Position numbers and translations under genes: made by a program. A stretch of DNA of 64,000 bases from Escherichia coli (GTDB lineage Bacteria > Pseudomonadota > Gammaproteobacteria > Enterobacterales > Enterobacteriaceae): assembly GCF_024502345.1 (NCBI RefSeq), contig NZ_JALDNN010000001.1; one strand, 5' to 3'. The notes below the pieces were generated by a model that worked only from the letters and a program-made list of their open reading frames with translations, did not search any database and had not been told where the DNA came from. This document shows positions 1-12,137 of the stretch, one piece after another. Each line of letters opens with the position of its first letter. The first letter of the stretch is position 1.

Positions 1-12
1 AGTAAGCAATTT

Positions 13-642
13 ATGGCTATTATGCCAGAACTATTAACAGATGCCGTCTGGCGTGCCGTGCTCAATGTATATGATGCCGATGCAGCACGATGGTTCTGGC
101 GTAAGCAACCACCAGAAAATCGGTTGTATCGCTTAAAGGCTATGGCATTAATACCACAAACGGATGCGCTGTTGGCGGATATTCGACAAACTCCAGAGGT
201 ACTGAATATCTCGTCTGAGAGTGATCCGAATGAAGAGGAGTTTCTCCATTTCTTAATTAATGGGGGCGATATCACTGTAATACATGCACTGGTTGAAAAA
301 GGAATAGTTAACTGGCAGCACCTTATGAACATTGAGGGGTTTGATAAGGACCCCCTAATTTGGGCTATTTCAAAGCTGGGAGAAACTGACAATGACCGGG
401 AGGTTTTGGCATTAATTATTCATGATATTAATGCGCAAAACGCACTGCCGGAGGATCGCATTGCCAAATATTTAACGCGGACGGGATCAATGGGCGATAT
501 TTTTTTAAAAGCGGGCTTACATTGTGATAAGTTATATTCGGCAATTGAGTCCGACAAAAAGCGAAATAATGGTATGTATAGTCAAAACGCCAGGGAAGAA
601 GTGGATCGCGTATGTACTCCGGTGATGCTGCCAACTTACTGA
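13..642 (+). CDS. Uncharacterized protein, C-terminal part; the frame is open to the window edge so the 5' end may lie upstream. Its last 7 codons and stop are supplied by the IS1 terminus (native end would be ...RVCTPAK). Paralogous to the C-terminal half of the 1452..2862 gene.
   Basis: ORF track; by-eye alignment MPELLTDAVWRAVLNVYDADAARWFWRKQPP vs MPELLSEEAYANVIDAYDSATLKAFWQIQLP, and NWQHL...SAIE vs DWQRL...SAIE; frame reconstruction across the IS1 junction. Confidence 0.5.
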   Translation: MAIMPELLTDAVWRAVLNVYDADAARWFWRKQPPENRLYRLKAMALIPQTDALLADIRQTPEVLNISSESDPNEEEFLHFLINGGDITVIHALVEKGIVNWQHLMNIEGFDKDPLIWAISKLGETDNDREVLALIIHDINAQNALPEDRIAKYLTRTGSMGDIFLKAGLHCDKLYSAIESDKKRNNGMYSQNAREEVDRVCTPVMLPTY

Positions 643-675
643 TTTAGTGTATGATGGTGTTTTTGAGGTGCTCCA

Positions 676-951
676 GTGGCTTCTGTTTCTATCAGCTGTC
701 CCTCCTGTTCAGCTACTGACGGGGTGGTGCGTAACGGCAAAAGCACCGCCGGACATCAGCGCTATCTCTGCTCTCACTGCCGTAAAACATGGCAACTGCA
801 GTTCACTTACACCGCTTCTCAACCCGGTACGCACCAGAAAATCATTGATATGGCCATGAATGGCGTTGGATGCCGGGCAACCGCCCGCATTATGGGCGTT
901 GGCCTCAACACGATTTTCCGCCATTTAAAAAACTCAGGCCGCAGTCGGTAA
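676..951 (+). CDS. insA: IS1 InsA (transposition repressor)
   Basis: 91-aa [46 protein letters not shown] matches recalled InsA. Confidence 0.9.
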   Translation: MASVSISCPSCSATDGVVRNGKSTAGHQRYLCSHCRKTWQLQFTYTASQPGTHQKIIDMAMNGVGCRATARIMGVGLNTIFRHLKNSGRSR

Positions 952-1373
952 CCTCGCGCATACAGCCGGGCAGTGACGTCATCGTCTGCGCGGAAATGGA
1001 CGAACAGTGGGGATACGTCGGGGCTAAATCGCGCCAGCGCTGGCTGTTTTACGCGTATGACAGGCTCCGGAAGACGGTTGTTGCGCACGTATTCGGTGAA
1101 CGCACTATGGCGACGCTGGGGCGTCTTATGAGCCTGCTGTCACCCTTTGACGTGGTGATATGGATGACGGATGGCTGGCCGCTGTATGAATCCCGCCTGA
1201 AGGGAAAGCTGCACGTAATCAGCAAGCGATATACGCAGCGAATTGAGCGGCATAACCTGAATCTGAGGCAGCACCTGGCACGGCTGGGACGGAAGTCGCT
1301 GTCGTTCTCAAAATCGGTGGAGCTGCATGACAAAGTCATCGGGCATTATCTGAACATAAAACACTATCAATAA
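870..1373 (+). CDS. insB: IS1 InsB reading frame (expressed as InsAB' transposase by -1 frameshift)
   Basis: ORF overlapping insA in the -1 frame, ends 15 bp before the IS1 terminus. Confidence 0.85.
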   Translation: MPGNRPHYGRWPQHDFPPFKKLRPQSVTSRIQPGSDVIVCAEMDEQWGYVGAKSRQRWLFYAYDRLRKTVVAHVFGERTMATLGRLMSLLSPFDVVIWMTDGWPLYESRLKGKLHVISKRYTQRIERHNLNLRQHLARLGRKSLSFSKSVELHDKVIGHYLNIKHYQ

Positions 1374-1451
1374 GTTGGAGTCATTACCTGTACTCCCGCA
1401 AAATAGGTGCAGTTTGGCGCGGTTAAGGAATAAAAAATAAAGGACTAAGCC

Positions 1452-2862
1452 ATGCGTAACGATGAACTTCTTCACCATTTTACTTTTACATTGCTTATGT
1501 TGGGTGGCTATCTACTGACTCTGTTCATCGTTATCGTCCTTTCCTTTTTTCGCCCACTATGCCGAAAAATGGTCTTCCATGGCATATTGCCACAATTGAT
1601 GATGTCGCTAATGGTGTCGCTCGGTTTATATTATCTGGAACGATACTCTATTGCGGTATGGGCCTTACTGGATTCTGTTTGGATATTATTCCCTTGCCTG
1701 TTATTGATCATAGTGATAAATAAATGGTCAAAACGTTCCCTTGTATGGATGAGTGCTTGTCATATTATGTGCTTGCTGTTGTTACTCTGGCAGGTGCAGC
1801 CCACGTTATTTAAAATCAGCTTTTATCACCAACAATTAAGTCACCTGGCTCAGGCAGAACAGGAAAATTTCCGCACACTGGATGCGATTCACGATACGCA
1901 ACGTCTGGAAGAGATGTTGCTGGTAGCGTTGAAATCCCCGGAAAATAAAACCTCTGAAAATGCCTTTCGCTATCTGTCAGGGCGAATCTCACCATTTGCT
2001 ATACCTTCCATTGGCGATCAAAAGTATTCTACCCGCACTTTTTTTACGATTGCGTTGGAACATTACAACGCCCGCGCCATCCGCGCGTTTAGCCGCTTTC
2101 TGCAAGGAAATTCCTCAAAAGCGCAGGAATATCGCGCGATTGTTCATCAAAACAATCCACTGCAGCAGATGTACCGGGGAATAAGTTTGCCAATTCGTTT
2201 TAGTGAAGAAGAGATCGCCCGCCACATTGTTGCCGCTCGCGAGATAAGCCTCACCTTACTGCCCCTGATGCCAGAATTATTAAGCGAAGAGGCGTATGCA
2301 AATGTCATTGATGCTTATGACAGCGCAACGCTGAAGGCTTTTTGGCAGATCCAGCTGCCCGCCCACGCCGGTTTTACGCCTGGAAGCGATGTCGGTAATT
2401 CCTATGACAGCGGCACTCGTTCAACAGGTGAGGGAGTCACCAAAGCGGCTTGAACTGAAAGATAAAAGTGGCAGGACAGTACTAACTTACATCGTGCGCT
2501 TTGGAAATATTGCCGCAGTACAGGCACTGATTGACGCTAATCTGATCGACTGGCAACGGCTTCGCCAATCGACAGAAAGGTCAACACCATTATTACTGGC
2601 CACCTGGCGACAAAAATACGACGATGATCATGTAATCTTCCCATTGATTTTAAAGGACATTCTGGCAAAAAATACACCACCGTCGGCAGAGGAAATAATG
2701 AACTGCATCAAGGATGGTATGACCGCAGATGATTTTTTATCTGCCGGAATGAGCAACACGCAATTCTGTTCTGCGATTGAACAAAGCCTCCAGGCGAAAA
2801 CGTCAGTATTACCGGCGAATCGATTACGCCATCTGCAATCCTCGCTGTGTGCAAAGCTGTAA
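1452..2862 (+). pseudogene. Uncharacterized polytopic membrane protein gene split by a frameshift near 2360-2375 (ORFs 1452..2453 and 2389..2862); N-terminal hydrophobic domain plus C-terminal soluble domain; paralog of the 13..642 gene
   Basis: Two overlapping ORFs in different frames; homology to the upstream paralog continues across the frame change (FWQIQLPAHAG / VLRLEAMSVIPMTAAL vs FWRKQPPENRLYRLKAMALIPQTDAL). Confidence 0.45.
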
Positions 2863-2977
2863 CCAACCGGGAGTTAAGTCATCCGCTGAAAACATCGCAT
2901 TAACTTTTCGATTTCTCTTTCGTTCCGGCTTATAATCCCCGGCCTTTGATTATTTTTTTATCATTTCTGGAAGCAAA

Positions 2978-5197
2978 ATGAGCTCTATCTCCCTGATCCA
3001 ACCGGATCGCGACCTGTTCTCCTGGCCGCAGTACTGGGCCGCCTGTTTTGGACCGGCACCGTTTTTGCCGATGTCTCGTGAAGAGATGGATCAACTTGGC
3101 TGGGATAGCTGCGACATCATTTTGGTTACTGGCGACGCGTATGTCGATCACCCAAGCTTCGGGATGGCGATTTGCGGTCGTATGCTGGAAGCGCAGGGCT
3201 TTCGCGTCGGGATCATCGCCCAGCCGGACTGGAGCAGCAAAGACGACTTTATGCGTCTGGGTAAACCGAATCTGTTTTTCGGTGTTACTGCTGGCAACAT
3301 GGATTCGATGATCAACCGTTATACCGCCGATCGCCGTTTACGTCATGACGATGCCTACACGCCGGATAACGTCGCGGGTAAGCGCCCGGATCGCGCCACA
3401 CTGGTTTATACCCAGCGTTGTAAAGAGGCGTGGAAAGATGTACCGGTGATCCTCGGCGGTATTGAGGCTAGTCTGCGCCGTACCGCACATTATGATTACT
3501 GGTCCGATACCGTGCGCCGTTCCGTGCTGGTGGATTCGAAAGCCGACATGCTGATGTTTGGTAACGGTGAGCGTCCGCTGGTGGAGGTGGCGCACCGTCT
3601 GGCGATGGGCGAGCCGATTAGTGAAATCCGCGATGTGCGTAATACCGCGATTATCGTGAAAGAGGCGCTGCCTGGCTGGAGCGGCGTGGATTCCACCCGT
3701 CTTGATACCCCTGGAAAAATCGACCCAATCCCGCATCCGTATGGTGAAGATTTGCCGTGCGCGGATAACAAACCGGTGGCACCGAAAAAGCAGGAAGCCA
3801 AAGCCGTAACCGTGCAGCCACCGCGCCCGAAACCGTGGGAAAAAACCTACGTGTTGCTGCCTTCTTTCGAGAAAGTGAAGGGCGATAAAGTGCTGTACGC
3901 CCATGCTTCGCGTATTCTGCACCACGAAACCAACCCAGGCTGTGCCCGCGCATTGATGCAAAAACACGGCGACCGCTATGTGTGGATCAACCCGCCTGCT
4001 ATTCCGCTTTCTACCGAAGAGATGGACAGCGTTTTTGCGCTGCCATACAAGCGCGTGCCACATCCGGCCTATGGCAATGCCCGTATTCCGGCTTACGAAA
4101 TGATCCGTTTTTCGGTCAACATTATGCGTGGCTGCTTTGGCGGCTGCTCTTTCTGTTCTATCACCGAGCACGAAGGGCGCATTATTCAGAGCCGTTCCGA
4201 AGATTCGATCATTAATGAGATCGAAGCGATCCGCGACACCGTTCCAGGTTTTACGGGCGTAATTTCCGATCTCGGTGGGCCAACTGCCAACATGTATATG
4301 TTGCGCTGCAAATCGCCACGCGCTGAACAAACTTGTCGCCGTTTGTCGTGCGTTTATCCGGATATTTGTCCGCACATGGACACTAACCACGAACCGACGA
4401 TCAACCTCTATCGCCGTGCGCGTGATCTGAAAGGCATTAAAAAAATCCTCATCGCCTCAGGCGTACGTTATGACATCGCCGTGGAAGATCCGCGCTATAT
4501 CAAAGAGTTGGCGACCCATCACGTCGGCGGTTATCTGAAGATTGCTCCGGAACATACCGAAGAAGGGCCGTTGTCGAAGATGATGAAGCCGGGCATGGGC
4601 AGCTATGACCGCTTTAAAGAGCTATTCGATACCTACTCGAAACAGGCAGGTAAAGAGCAGTATCTGATCCCGTATTTCATCTCTGCGCACCCCGGTACGC
4701 GTGATGAAGATATGGTGAATTTGGCGCTGTGGCTGAAAAAGCATCGTTTCCGTCTCGACCAGGTACAGAACTTCTACCCATCGCCGCTGGCGAACTCAAC
4801 CACCATGTATTACACCGGGAAAAACCCGCTGGCGAAGATTGGTTATAAGAGCGAAGACGTCTTCGTACCGAAGGGCGACAAGCAGCGTCGTTTGCATAAA
4901 GCGTTGTTGCGTTACCACGATCCGGCAAACTGGCCGTTAATCCGCCAGGCGCTGGAAGCGATGGGTAAAAAGCATCTGATTGGTAGCCGTCGCGATTGCT
5001 TAGTGCCTGCGCCAACCATTGAAGAGATGCGTGAAGCTCGTCGCCAGAACCGCAATACCCGTCCGGCGTTGACGAAACATACGCCGATGGCGACCCAGCG
5101 TCAGACGCCTGCTACGGCAAAAAAAGCGTCGTCTACGCAATCTCGTCCGGTGAATGCTGGTGCGAAGAAACGCCCTAAAGCGGCGGTTGGACGTTAA
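2978..5197 (+). CDS. ygiQ: Radical SAM protein YgiQ (UPF0313)
   Basis: 739-aa ORF with CxxxCxxC motif (CFGGCSFC); matches recalled K-12 YgiQ and gene order. Confidence 0.9.
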   Translation: MSSISLIQPDRDLFSWPQYWAACFGPAPFLPMSREEMDQLGWDSCDIILVTGDAYVDHPSFGMAICGRMLEAQGFRVGIIAQPDWSSKDDFMRLGKPNLFFGVTAGNMDSMINRYTADRRLRHDDAYTPDNVAGKRPDRATLVYTQRCKEAWKDVPVILGGIEASLRRTAHYDYWSDTVRRSVLVDSKADMLMFGNGERPLVEVAHRLAMGEPISEIRDVRNTAIIVKEALPGWSGVDSTRLDTPGKIDPIPHPYGEDLPCADNKPVAPKKQEAKAVTVQPPRPKPWEKTYVLLPSFEKVKGDKVLYAHASRILHHETNPGCARALMQKHGDRYVWINPPAIPLSTEEMDSVFALPYKRVPHPAYGNARIPAYEMIRFSVNIMRGCFGGCSFCSITEHEGRIIQSRSEDSIINEIEAIRDTVPGFTGVISDLGGPTANMYMLRCKSPRAEQTCRRLSCVYPDICPHMDTNHEPTINLYRRARDLKGIKKILIASGVRYDIAVEDPRYIKELATHHVGGYLKIAPEHTEEGPLSKMMKPGMGSYDRFKELFDTYSKQAGKEQYLIPYFISAHPGTRDEDMVNLALWLKKHRFRLDQVQNFYPSPLANSTTMYYTGKNPLAKIGYKSEDVFVPKGDKQRRLHKALLRYHDPANWPLIRQALEAMGKKHLIGSRRDCLVPAPTIEEMREARRQNRNTRPALTKHTPMATQRQTPATAKKASSTQSRPVNAGAKKRPKAAVGR

Positions 5198-5239
5198 AAA
5201 AAATCCCCGGCAACTGACATGCTGCCGGGGATTTTTTTA
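5198..5239. terminator. Bidirectional intrinsic terminator between convergent ygiQ and yqhH
   Basis: A-run, GC stem CCCCGGCA...TGCCGGGG, T-run. Confidence 0.6.
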
Positions 5240-5497
5240 TCATTCTGCGTACATACGCAAGCAGCGCAGGCAATCAAAATAGTCCTGTGCATCAAGACGC
5301 GTATTGGCTCTGTTAGCTTCGGATTTGGCAGCATAGATTTGTGGGCGTAGTGCTTTCATATCCTGCTCAAGCCGGGCGATTTTGACATTTAATGTTTGTA
5401 CATTGCTCGCCAGTTGATTGACCTTTTGCTCATTGACGCAGCCACTGAGCAAGCAGGTTGCCAGAACAACAGCTCCCACGGTGAAAATCGTTTTCAT
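5240..5497 (-). CDS. yqhH: Small lipoprotein YqhH
   Basis: 85-aa ORF with lipoprotein signal (LLSGC); K-12 synteny. Confidence 0.8.
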   Translation of the reverse strand: MKTIFTVGAVVLATCLLSGCVNEQKVNQLASNVQTLNVKIARLEQDMKALRPQIYAAKSEANRANTRLDAQDYFDCLRCLRMYAE

Positions 5498-5545
5498 ATA
5501 GTGTTCCCTTTTTTATTGTTCCGGCTAATTGTTATTTAATTCAGC

Positions 5546-6472
5546 TCATTGCTTTAATCTGGCGGCGGTTTTTGCCTCAATCTGCTTAAGTAGGCTGCCG
5601 CTGTTCGGGCGGATAAAATCAGCGATTTCCCACTTACCTTCGCGCCGCTGTAAAACCAGCTCTTGCTCTTCGTTGTTGCCATTGGTCAGCGTAAAACGAA
5701 CATGAATGCGGGCGGAATCGGCGGTTTTCTCCAGGACTCGAATTTCATCAACGCGTGAAAATAGCGACTCTTCGCCAAAACAGATCGGATTGTCGTAAAT
5801 AAATTGCCGTTCTATTTGCATATCTTCATCGGGATTGTTGGCCGCCTTGAAGGTGGTTTTATAGAAGGCATTGACCGCCTGGCGGTAAGAGTCGGAAACC
5901 ACCCACGTCCACGGCCAGCTATAATCGGCAATATGTTCAAAGAGTTCGGCAACAAAGGCTTCCGGCTGTTCTTTTTGCAACGAAGCTAAAGCGGCCAGCG
6001 TTTTTTCATTCTCGCTATTAACTGCTTGTAAGACGCTGCCATGATTGCTGACAATATCGTCAATGACCCAACGACCATTTTCCGCCACCATTTTCAGTGT
6101 CTGCGTGGTCTTTTCTTTATCATCTTTAAAGATACGAAAGCGCACAACGGCATCGGCATGATCGGCGTCAGTTTGAGTTATCGCTACGCTTTCTAGCACC
6201 AGATCGCCAAAATCCTGACAATCACAAACCGGATCATAATCCAGCCAGCCAATATTGCCCGGCAGCGTAAGATTGTCGTTCAGGGTAAGCGCCTGTTGAA
6301 TACGCGCAGAAGTTATCGCCCGCTCTCCGGTTTCACCAAAATAAGGGGCAGTGGCATCTGATTTATAGTTCTTATAAATATGCCGGACTGTTTGTTCTAC
6401 GGTCTGTGAGGGGGGCTGTGCGTGTACGGTAAAACTTGCCAGGGCTGCTAAAAACAGAAGTATTATTTTCAT
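5546..6472 (-). CDS. yqhG: Periplasmic protein YqhG (DUF3828-like)
   Basis: 308-aa ORF with N-terminal signal peptide; synteny. Confidence 0.8.
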   Translation of the reverse strand: MKIILLFLAALASFTVHAQPPSQTVEQTVRHIYKNYKSDATAPYFGETGERAITSARIQQALTLNDNLTLPGNIGWLDYDPVCDCQDFGDLVLESVAITQTDADHADAVVRFRIFKDDKEKTTQTLKMVAENGRWVIDDIVSNHGSVLQAVNSENEKTLAALASLQKEQPEAFVAELFEHIADYSWPWTWVVSDSYRQAVNAFYKTTFKAANNPDEDMQIERQFIYDNPICFGEESLFSRVDEIRVLEKTADSARIHVRFTLTNGNNEEQELVLQRREGKWEIADFIRPNSGSLLKQIEAKTAARLKQ

Positions 6473-6671
6473 CTGTTTTTCACCTCTCCGTTGCGTTTAT
6501 CCCGGATATAGATGAGTTGTTCTTTTAAGAGCTTCCGGCTCTGCATGATGATGTCCTTATATTTGGCATTCCTGAACAAGGAAGAGTAACAACGGGCGGG
6601 ACGCGAGGGGAATAAATGATTTCTGAAAAGTCCGGTAGCGGAACATTACCGCCACCGGGAGAATTTGCACG

Positions 6672-7499
6672 TTAGCCGCCGAACTGGTCAGGATCGGGAC
6701 CGAGACGCTTGCCCTGATCGAGTTTTGCAATTTCGCCGAGTTCGTCTTTGTCGAGACGGAAATCCCAGACATCAAAGTTTTCGGCAATACGTGAAGGTGT
6801 GACCGATTTCGGGATCACCACCAGGCCGCTATCCAGATGCCAGCGGATAACAATCTGCGCCGGGGTTTTGCCGTATTTATCTGCCAGATCGCGAATGACT
6901 TTCTGATCGAAAACGCCTTTCCCTCCTTGCGCTAATGGGCTCCAGGATTCGGTCTGGATTTTGTGTGTCGCGTTCCAGGCGTGTAGCTGGCGTTGTTGCA
7001 TCAGCGGATGAAGTTCGATCTGGTTTATCACAGGCGTCACGCCAGTTTCATCAATCAGGCGTTGCAGGTGATGGATCTGGAAGTTGCACACGCCGATGCT
7101 TTTGATTAATCCCTCTTTTTGCAATTCGATCATGCCTTTCCATGCTTCGACATAATGGTCGATAGCGGGAACGGGCCAGTGCATTAAGTAGAGGTCGATA
7201 TAATCAAGCTGTAGTTTTTTCAGGCTGTCGAGCAGGGCTTCGCGGGGGCGCTTGTGGTCGTCGTTCCACAGCTTAGTGGTGATGAACAGTTCTTCTCTGT
7301 TGACTGAGGCATTTTTCAGGGCTTTGCCGACACCTTCTTCGTTCTTATAGGCCGCGGCGGTATCAATCGAGCGATAACCCACTTCTAACGCTTTTTGAAT
7401 GGCGGTGATTACTTCCTCATTACTTGCTTGCCAGACGCCCAGTCCCAACTGGGGCATGACATTGCCATCCTGTAGCTTAATAACGGTTGGATTAGCCAT
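6672..7499 (-). CDS. dkgA: 2,5-diketo-D-gluconate reductase A / methylglyoxal reductase (aldo-keto reductase)
   Basis: 275-aa AKR ORF MANPTVIKLQDGNVMPQLGLGVWQ; synteny with yqhD. Confidence 0.9.
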   Translation of the reverse strand: MANPTVIKLQDGNVMPQLGLGVWQASNEEVITAIQKALEVGYRSIDTAAAYKNEEGVGKALKNASVNREELFITTKLWNDDHKRPREALLDSLKKLQLDYIDLYLMHWPVPAIDHYVEAWKGMIELQKEGLIKSIGVCNFQIHHLQRLIDETGVTPVINQIELHPLMQQRQLHAWNATHKIQTESWSPLAQGGKGVFDQKVIRDLADKYGKTPAQIVIRWHLDSGLVVIPKSVTPSRIAENFDVWDFRLDKDELGEIAKLDQGKRLGPDPDQFGG

Positions 7500-7603
7500 A
7501 CGTTCCTCCTTTATATGAACTCACCGGAGCAGGCTCCGGTGAGGTGTTGTGAACTTAAGTCTGGACGAAATGCCCGAAAACGAAAGTTTGAGGCGTAAAA
7601 AGC

Positions 7604-8767
7604 TTAGCGGGCGGCTTCGTATATACGGCGGCTGACATCCAGCGTAATGTCATGATTTTCGCCCAGTTGGGTCATGCCGTGCTCTTCCAGTTTTTTCAGC
7701 AAAGCCGGGATGGAGCTGCCGTCCAGACCGTAGTCGGAGAGGTGGGTAGGCACGCCTAATTGCTCAAAGAAATTGCGGGTTGCGGCAATCGCGGCGTCAA
7801 TACGCTCATCGTCGGAACCTTCAGTGATGTTCCAGACGCGTTCAGCATATTGCAGCAGCTTAGCGCGCTTGGTATCGCGTTTTTCATTCCACAGTGCAGG
7901 CAGGACGATAGCCAGTGTTTGCGCGTGATCCAGACCGTGCATCGCAGTCAGTTCGTGGCCCAGCATATGCGTTGCCCAGTCCTGCGGTACGCCAGCGCCA
8001 ATCAAACCGTTCAGCGCCTGAGTCGCCGCCCACATGACGTTGGCGCGCACATCGTAGTTTTCTGGCTCTTTCAGGGCTTTCGGACCATCTTCGATCAGCG
8101 TCAGCAAAATGCCTTCTGCGAAACGGTCCTGAATTTTGGCATCAACCGGTTTAGTAACATACTGTTCCACGGTGTGTACAAAAGCGTCCACTACACCGTT
8201 AGCCACCTGACGCGGCGGTAGGGTGTAGGTATAAACCGGATCGAGCACGGCAAATACCGGCTGAACATGGGCAGAATGGAACGCCTGCTTATCGCCTGTG
8301 GTTTTACGGGAGATCACCGCACCGGCGTTGGATTCTGAACCGGTTGCTGGCAGCGTCAGCACACAGCCCATCGGGATGGCGCTTTTAATCTCTTTACCGC
8401 CCGTTTGCAGAATGTGCCACGGATCGATATTTTCCGGATAGTTAGCCGCTGCGGCGATAAATTTGGTGCCGTCCAGTACAGAACCGCCGCCAACCGCCAG
8501 CAGGAAAGTCACTTTCTGTTCGCGAACCAGTTTCACGGCGTTCATCAGCGTTTCATAAGCCGGGTTTGGCTCAATACCGCCAAATTCCAGCACGTCCATG
8601 CCTTTCAGGGCATCCAGAACTTGATCGAGAACGCCGGTTTTTTTCACGCTGCCGCCACCGTAGGTAATCAATACGCGAGCATCGTGAGGAATTTGTTCGC
8701 GTAAACCAGCGATTGCGCCTTTACCAAACAGAATGCGGGTTGGGGTGTGCAGATTAAAGTTGTTCAT
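7604..8767 (-). CDS. yqhD: NADPH-dependent aldehyde reductase YqhD (Fe-type alcohol dehydrogenase)
   Basis: ORF containing [22 protein letters not shown]; start placed at MNNF to give 387 aa. Confidence 0.9.
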   Translation of the reverse strand: MNNFNLHTPTRILFGKGAIAGLREQIPHDARVLITYGGGSVKKTGVLDQVLDALKGMDVLEFGGIEPNPAYETLMNAVKLVREQKVTFLLAVGGGSVLDGTKFIAAAANYPENIDPWHILQTGGKEIKSAIPMGCVLTLPATGSESNAGAVISRKTTGDKQAFHSAHVQPVFAVLDPVYTYTLPPRQVANGVVDAFVHTVEQYVTKPVDAKIQDRFAEGILLTLIEDGPKALKEPENYDVRANVMWAATQALNGLIGAGVPQDWATHMLGHELTAMHGLDHAQTLAIVLPALWNEKRDTKRAKLLQYAERVWNITEGSDDERIDAAIAATRNFFEQLGVPTHLSDYGLDGSSIPALLKKLEEHGMTQLGENHDITLDVSRRIYEAAR

Positions 8768-8903
8768 TACTTGCTCCCTTTGCTGGGCCAATATGAGGGC
8801 AGAGAACGATCTGCCTGATGTTTTTCATTGTGATCGCCAGCGCCCTGGCTCTCAATGCTCATTTCTGCCAATGTCTTGCCTATTCCTCCAGAGTGCTGGA
8901 GAA

Positions 8904-9860
8904 ATGCTACAAAATTGCGCACAATCAAATTGCCGCATTATTCCTAAGAAATTACGCGATATGAAACGTGAAGAGATTTGCCGCTTGCTGGCGGATAAAG
9001 TTAATAAACTGAAAAATAAAGAAAATAGTTTGTCAGAACTGTTGCCCGATGTGCGTTTGTTGTATGGCGAGACGCCTTTCGCACGTACTCCGGTGATGTA
9101 CGAGCCTGGCATCATAATTCTCTTTTCCGGGCATAAAATCGGTTATATCAATGAACGCGTGTTTCGTTATGATGCCAATGAATACCTGCTGCTGACGGTG
9201 CCGTTGCCGTTTGAGTGCGAAACCTATGCCACGTCAGAGGTGCCGCTGGCAGGGTTGCGTCTCAATGTCGATATTTTGCAGTTACAGGAACTGTTGATGG
9301 ACATTGGCGAAGATGAGCATTTCCAGCCGTCGATGGCAGCCAGCGGGATTAACTCCGCCACGTTATCAGAAGAGATTTTATGCGCGGCGGAGCGGTTACT
9401 CGACGTGATGGAGCGACCACTGGATGCGCGTATTCTCGGCAAACAGATCATCCGCGAAATTCTGTACTACGTGCTGACCGGACCTTGCGGCGGCGCGTTA
9501 CTGGCGCTGGTCAGTCGCCAGACTCACTTCAGTCTGATTAGCCGCGTGCTGAAACGGATTGAGAATAAATACACCGAAAACCTGAGCGTCGAGCAACTGG
9601 CGGCAGAAGCCAACATGAGCGTATCGGCGTTCCACCATAATTTTAAGTCTGTCACCAGCACCTCGCCGTTGCAGTATTTGAAGAATTACCGTCTGCATAA
9701 GGCGCGGATGATGATCATCCATGACGGCATGAAGGCCAGCGCAGCAGCGATGCGCGTCGGCTATGAAAGCGCATCGCAATTTAGCCGTGAGTTTAAACGT
9801 TACTTCGGTGTGACGCCGGGGGAAGATGCGGCAAGAATGCGGGCGATGCAGGGGAATTAA
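8904..9860 (+). CDS. yqhC: AraC-family transcriptional activator YqhC
   Basis: C-terminal AraC HTH region; divergent from yqhD; start placed at internal Met to give 318 aa. Confidence 0.8.
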   Translation: MLQNCAQSNCRIIPKKLRDMKREEICRLLADKVNKLKNKENSLSELLPDVRLLYGETPFARTPVMYEPGIIILFSGHKIGYINERVFRYDANEYLLLTVPLPFECETYATSEVPLAGLRLNVDILQLQELLMDIGEDEHFQPSMAASGINSATLSEEILCAAERLLDVMERPLDARILGKQIIREILYYVLTGPCGGALLALVSRQTHFSLISRVLKRIENKYTENLSVEQLAAEANMSVSAFHHNFKSVTSTSPLQYLKNYRLHKARMMIIHDGMKASAAAMRVGYESASQFSREFKRYFGVTPGEDAARMRAMQGN

Positions 9861-9899
9861 ATACGTTCCCGGTACAGCAGCCGGGAACGGGGAAAATCG

Positions 9900-10559
9900 T
9901 CAGGCGTTACAGTATTTTTTTTTTATCACCACAAACAGCGTGCCTAACAAGCCAGCGGTTAACAAGGCAATTGGCAGGATCATCAGGAACGTCATTACCT
10001 GATCTTCATGGCGTTTAACGAACGGAATCATACTTAAGGCATAGCCGAAACTGGTTACCACGCTGACCCACAGCAATCCGCTTAACCAGTTGAAAAACTG
10101 GAAACGGCGGTTTGGCAGACCGGAAATTCCCGCCATGGTTGGCAGCAGCGTACGGACAAATGCAAGAAAACGTCCAGCCAGCAGCGCCAGCAGACCGTGG
10201 CGGTCAAACATGCAGGTGGCGCGCTGGTGATATTTAGCAGGAAGCTGTGCCAGCCAGCCTTTCACCGTTTTGGTATTCCCTAACCAGCGCCCCTGAATAT
10301 AACTTAGCCAGCAGCCCAGACTTGCTGCGGCGGTCAGAATCGCAATCGTAGGCAGAAAATCCATAACCCCCTGGGCAATCAATGCGCCTGCCAGTATCAA
10401 CAAGCTGTCGCCTGGCAAAAATGAGGCGGGCAGCAGGCCGTTTTCTAAAAACAGCGTGGCAAACATGACAAAGTAAACAACGCTAACAATATGAGGATCC
10501 GCCAGCGCGGCAAAGTCGTGTTGCCAGAGCGCAGCGATGATATCTTGAATAACAGCCAT
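9900..10559 (-). CDS. yghB: DedA-family inner membrane protein YghB
   Basis: 219-aa hydrophobic ORF; synteny. Confidence 0.88.
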
Positions 10560-10698
10560 GGACTTTCCTGTGGAACAGCGTTTAAGCCTTTATCTGCCTA
10601 TTGTACTCCTGAATCGTCCGGGACGCCTTGATCCCGGACGCAACAATTTAAGACTTTTCACAATTAAATGTCTGCAAAATTGTCCAAAAGTGGCAATG

Positions 10699-11886
10699 TT
10701 ATACAATCCGCGCAAAACCGGCGTCCAGATCGGCAATCAGATCGTCGACATCTTCCAGACCAATATGCAGGCGAATCAAGGTCCCGCTAAAATCGATCTC
10801 GCCTTGTGGGCGAATGGCGGCGATATGTTCTGGTTGATTCGCCAGGATCAACGATTCATACCCGCCCCACGAGTAGGCCATGCTGAATAAACTGAAGTTA
10901 TCCAGATAGTTCGCCAGCTCTTCATTACTGAGTTTTTTCTTAAGCACAAAGGAAAATAGCCCGCTGCTGCCTGTAAAGTCTCGTTTCCAGAATTCGTGGC
11001 CTTTACTGCCAGGCAGAGCAGGGTGGTTAACTCGCGCTACTTGCGGATGTTCTGCCAGCCATTCAGCCACTTTCAGACTGCTTTCATGATGTTGACGCAA
11101 ACGCACACCTAATGTGCGCAGGCCACGGCTGGTTATATAGGCGGTATCGGCATCGACCATCTGGCCCATCAGATAGGCGTTTTCCCGTAGCTGCTCCCAG
11201 CAACGGGCATTGCACACGGCAGTGCCAATCATCGCATCTGAATGCCCAACCAGATATTTGGTGGCGGCTTGAATAGAAACATCGATGCCAAAATCCAGCG
11301 CCTTAAACAGCACACCGGCTGCCCAGGTGTTGTCGATCATAATGATGGCATCCGGCACCACACTGCGTACGGCGGCAACAATCGCCGGAACGTCGTGGAC
11401 TTCCATGGTGATGGAGCCTGGCGATTCCAGAAACACGATTTTAGTGTTTGGCTGCAGATGCTTAACGATATCGGCACCAATCAGCGGATCAAACCACGAT
11501 GTCGTTACGCCCAGTTTGCTGAGGATTTTGCTACAGAAATCCTGACTCGGTTCATAGGCGGTGTTGGTCATCAACACATGATCGCCCTGTTCGACAAAAG
11601 CAAGAATGGAATTAGCAACCGCCGCCGCCCCGCAGGGAAATAGCACGCAGCCTGCGCCACCTTCCAGTTCACACATCGCTTGTTGTAAGGAGAAATGGGT
11701 TAACGTTCCACGCCGTCCATAGAACAACTCACCATTGGCGCGATTGCGCGTCGCGTGTTTTTTGGCTTCCACACTGTCAAAGACCAGCGAAGAAGCGCGC
11801 TGAATCACGCTATTTACCGCGCCGAGAGTGTATTTTTTGCTGCGTCCTGCATTCACCAGTTGAGTATCAAGCTTTTTGTCCGCCAT
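10699..11886 (-). CDS. metC: Cystathionine beta-lyase
   Basis: PLP enzyme ORF; start at [24 protein letters not shown] gives 395 aa. Confidence 0.93.
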   Translation of the reverse strand: MADKKLDTQLVNAGRSKKYTLGAVNSVIQRASSLVFDSVEAKKHATRNRANGELFYGRRGTLTHFSLQQAMCELEGGAGCVLFPCGAAAVANSILAFVEQGDHVLMTNTAYEPSQDFCSKILSKLGVTTSWFDPLIGADIVKHLQPNTKIVFLESPGSITMEVHDVPAIVAAVRSVVPDAIIMIDNTWAAGVLFKALDFGIDVSIQAATKYLVGHSDAMIGTAVCNARCWEQLRENAYLMGQMVDADTAYITSRGLRTLGVRLRQHHESSLKVAEWLAEHPQVARVNHPALPGSKGHEFWKRDFTGSSGLFSFVLKKKLSNEELANYLDNFSLFSMAYSWGGYESLILANQPEHIAAIRPQGEIDFSGTLIRLHIGLEDVDDLIADLDAGFARIV

Positions 11887-11904
11887 CTCGGGATTCCTGT
11901 TTTT

Positions 11905-11928
11905 ATACGTCTGGATGTCTAAACTAGC
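11905..11928 (-). promoter_or_regulatory. Putative MetJ operator (tandem met-box-like 8-mers AGACATCC AGACGTAT) just upstream of metC
   Basis: By-eye match to met box consensus AGACGTCT 19-42 bp upstream of the metC start. Confidence 0.35.
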
Positions 11929-12051
11929 ATGAATATTCGCGGGCGCATCCTGAAGAATTGGCATAAAGCAGAAAATTTTCGCAAATGGCGTGCTGGTGAC
12001 TTTTTTACTGCGTAAACGCAAGGAAAAGAAAGCAAAGGTACGGCAGTATGC

Positions 12052-12080
12052 AAATAGTAATGAGAACGACTATCAATTCG
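12052..12080 (+). promoter_or_regulatory. Putative Fur box in the exbB promoter region
   Basis: AATAGTAATGAGAACGACTATCAATT resembles GATAAT-hexamer Fur consensus; exbB is known to be Fur-regulated. Confidence 0.3.
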
Positions 12081-12137
12081 ACGTCGTTTTGATATTATTA
12101 TGCGCAGATTTTGTGACTTGCGTCCTGGAGATACACA

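Larger units (their letters stand above)
621..1388 (-). mobile_element. IS1: IS1 insertion sequence (768 bp), complete, flanked by an 8-bp direct repeat TGTACTCC (613-620 and 1389-1396)
   Basis: Termini GGTGATGCTGCCAACTTACTGAT ... AAGTTGGAGTCATTACC; InsA and InsB reading frames intact; target duplication read directly. Confidence 0.93.

Noticed and set aside
647-1339. Several short ORFs on both strands within IS1 (647..859, 709..924, 819..1088, 1049..1339)
   Set aside because: IS1 is known to encode only InsA and InsB/InsAB'; the others are overlapping alternative frames
3338-4390. 350-aa ORF on the minus strand inside ygiQ
   Set aside because: Entirely antisense to a well-supported conserved gene; Arg/Ala-rich low-complexity translation typical of spurious antisense ORFs in GC-rich coding sequence
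10616-10639. Inverted repeat GTCCGGGACGCCTTGATCCCGGAC between yghB and metC as a terminator
   Set aside because: No adjacent T-run on either strand; more likely a REP-like palindrome, not confidently a terminator
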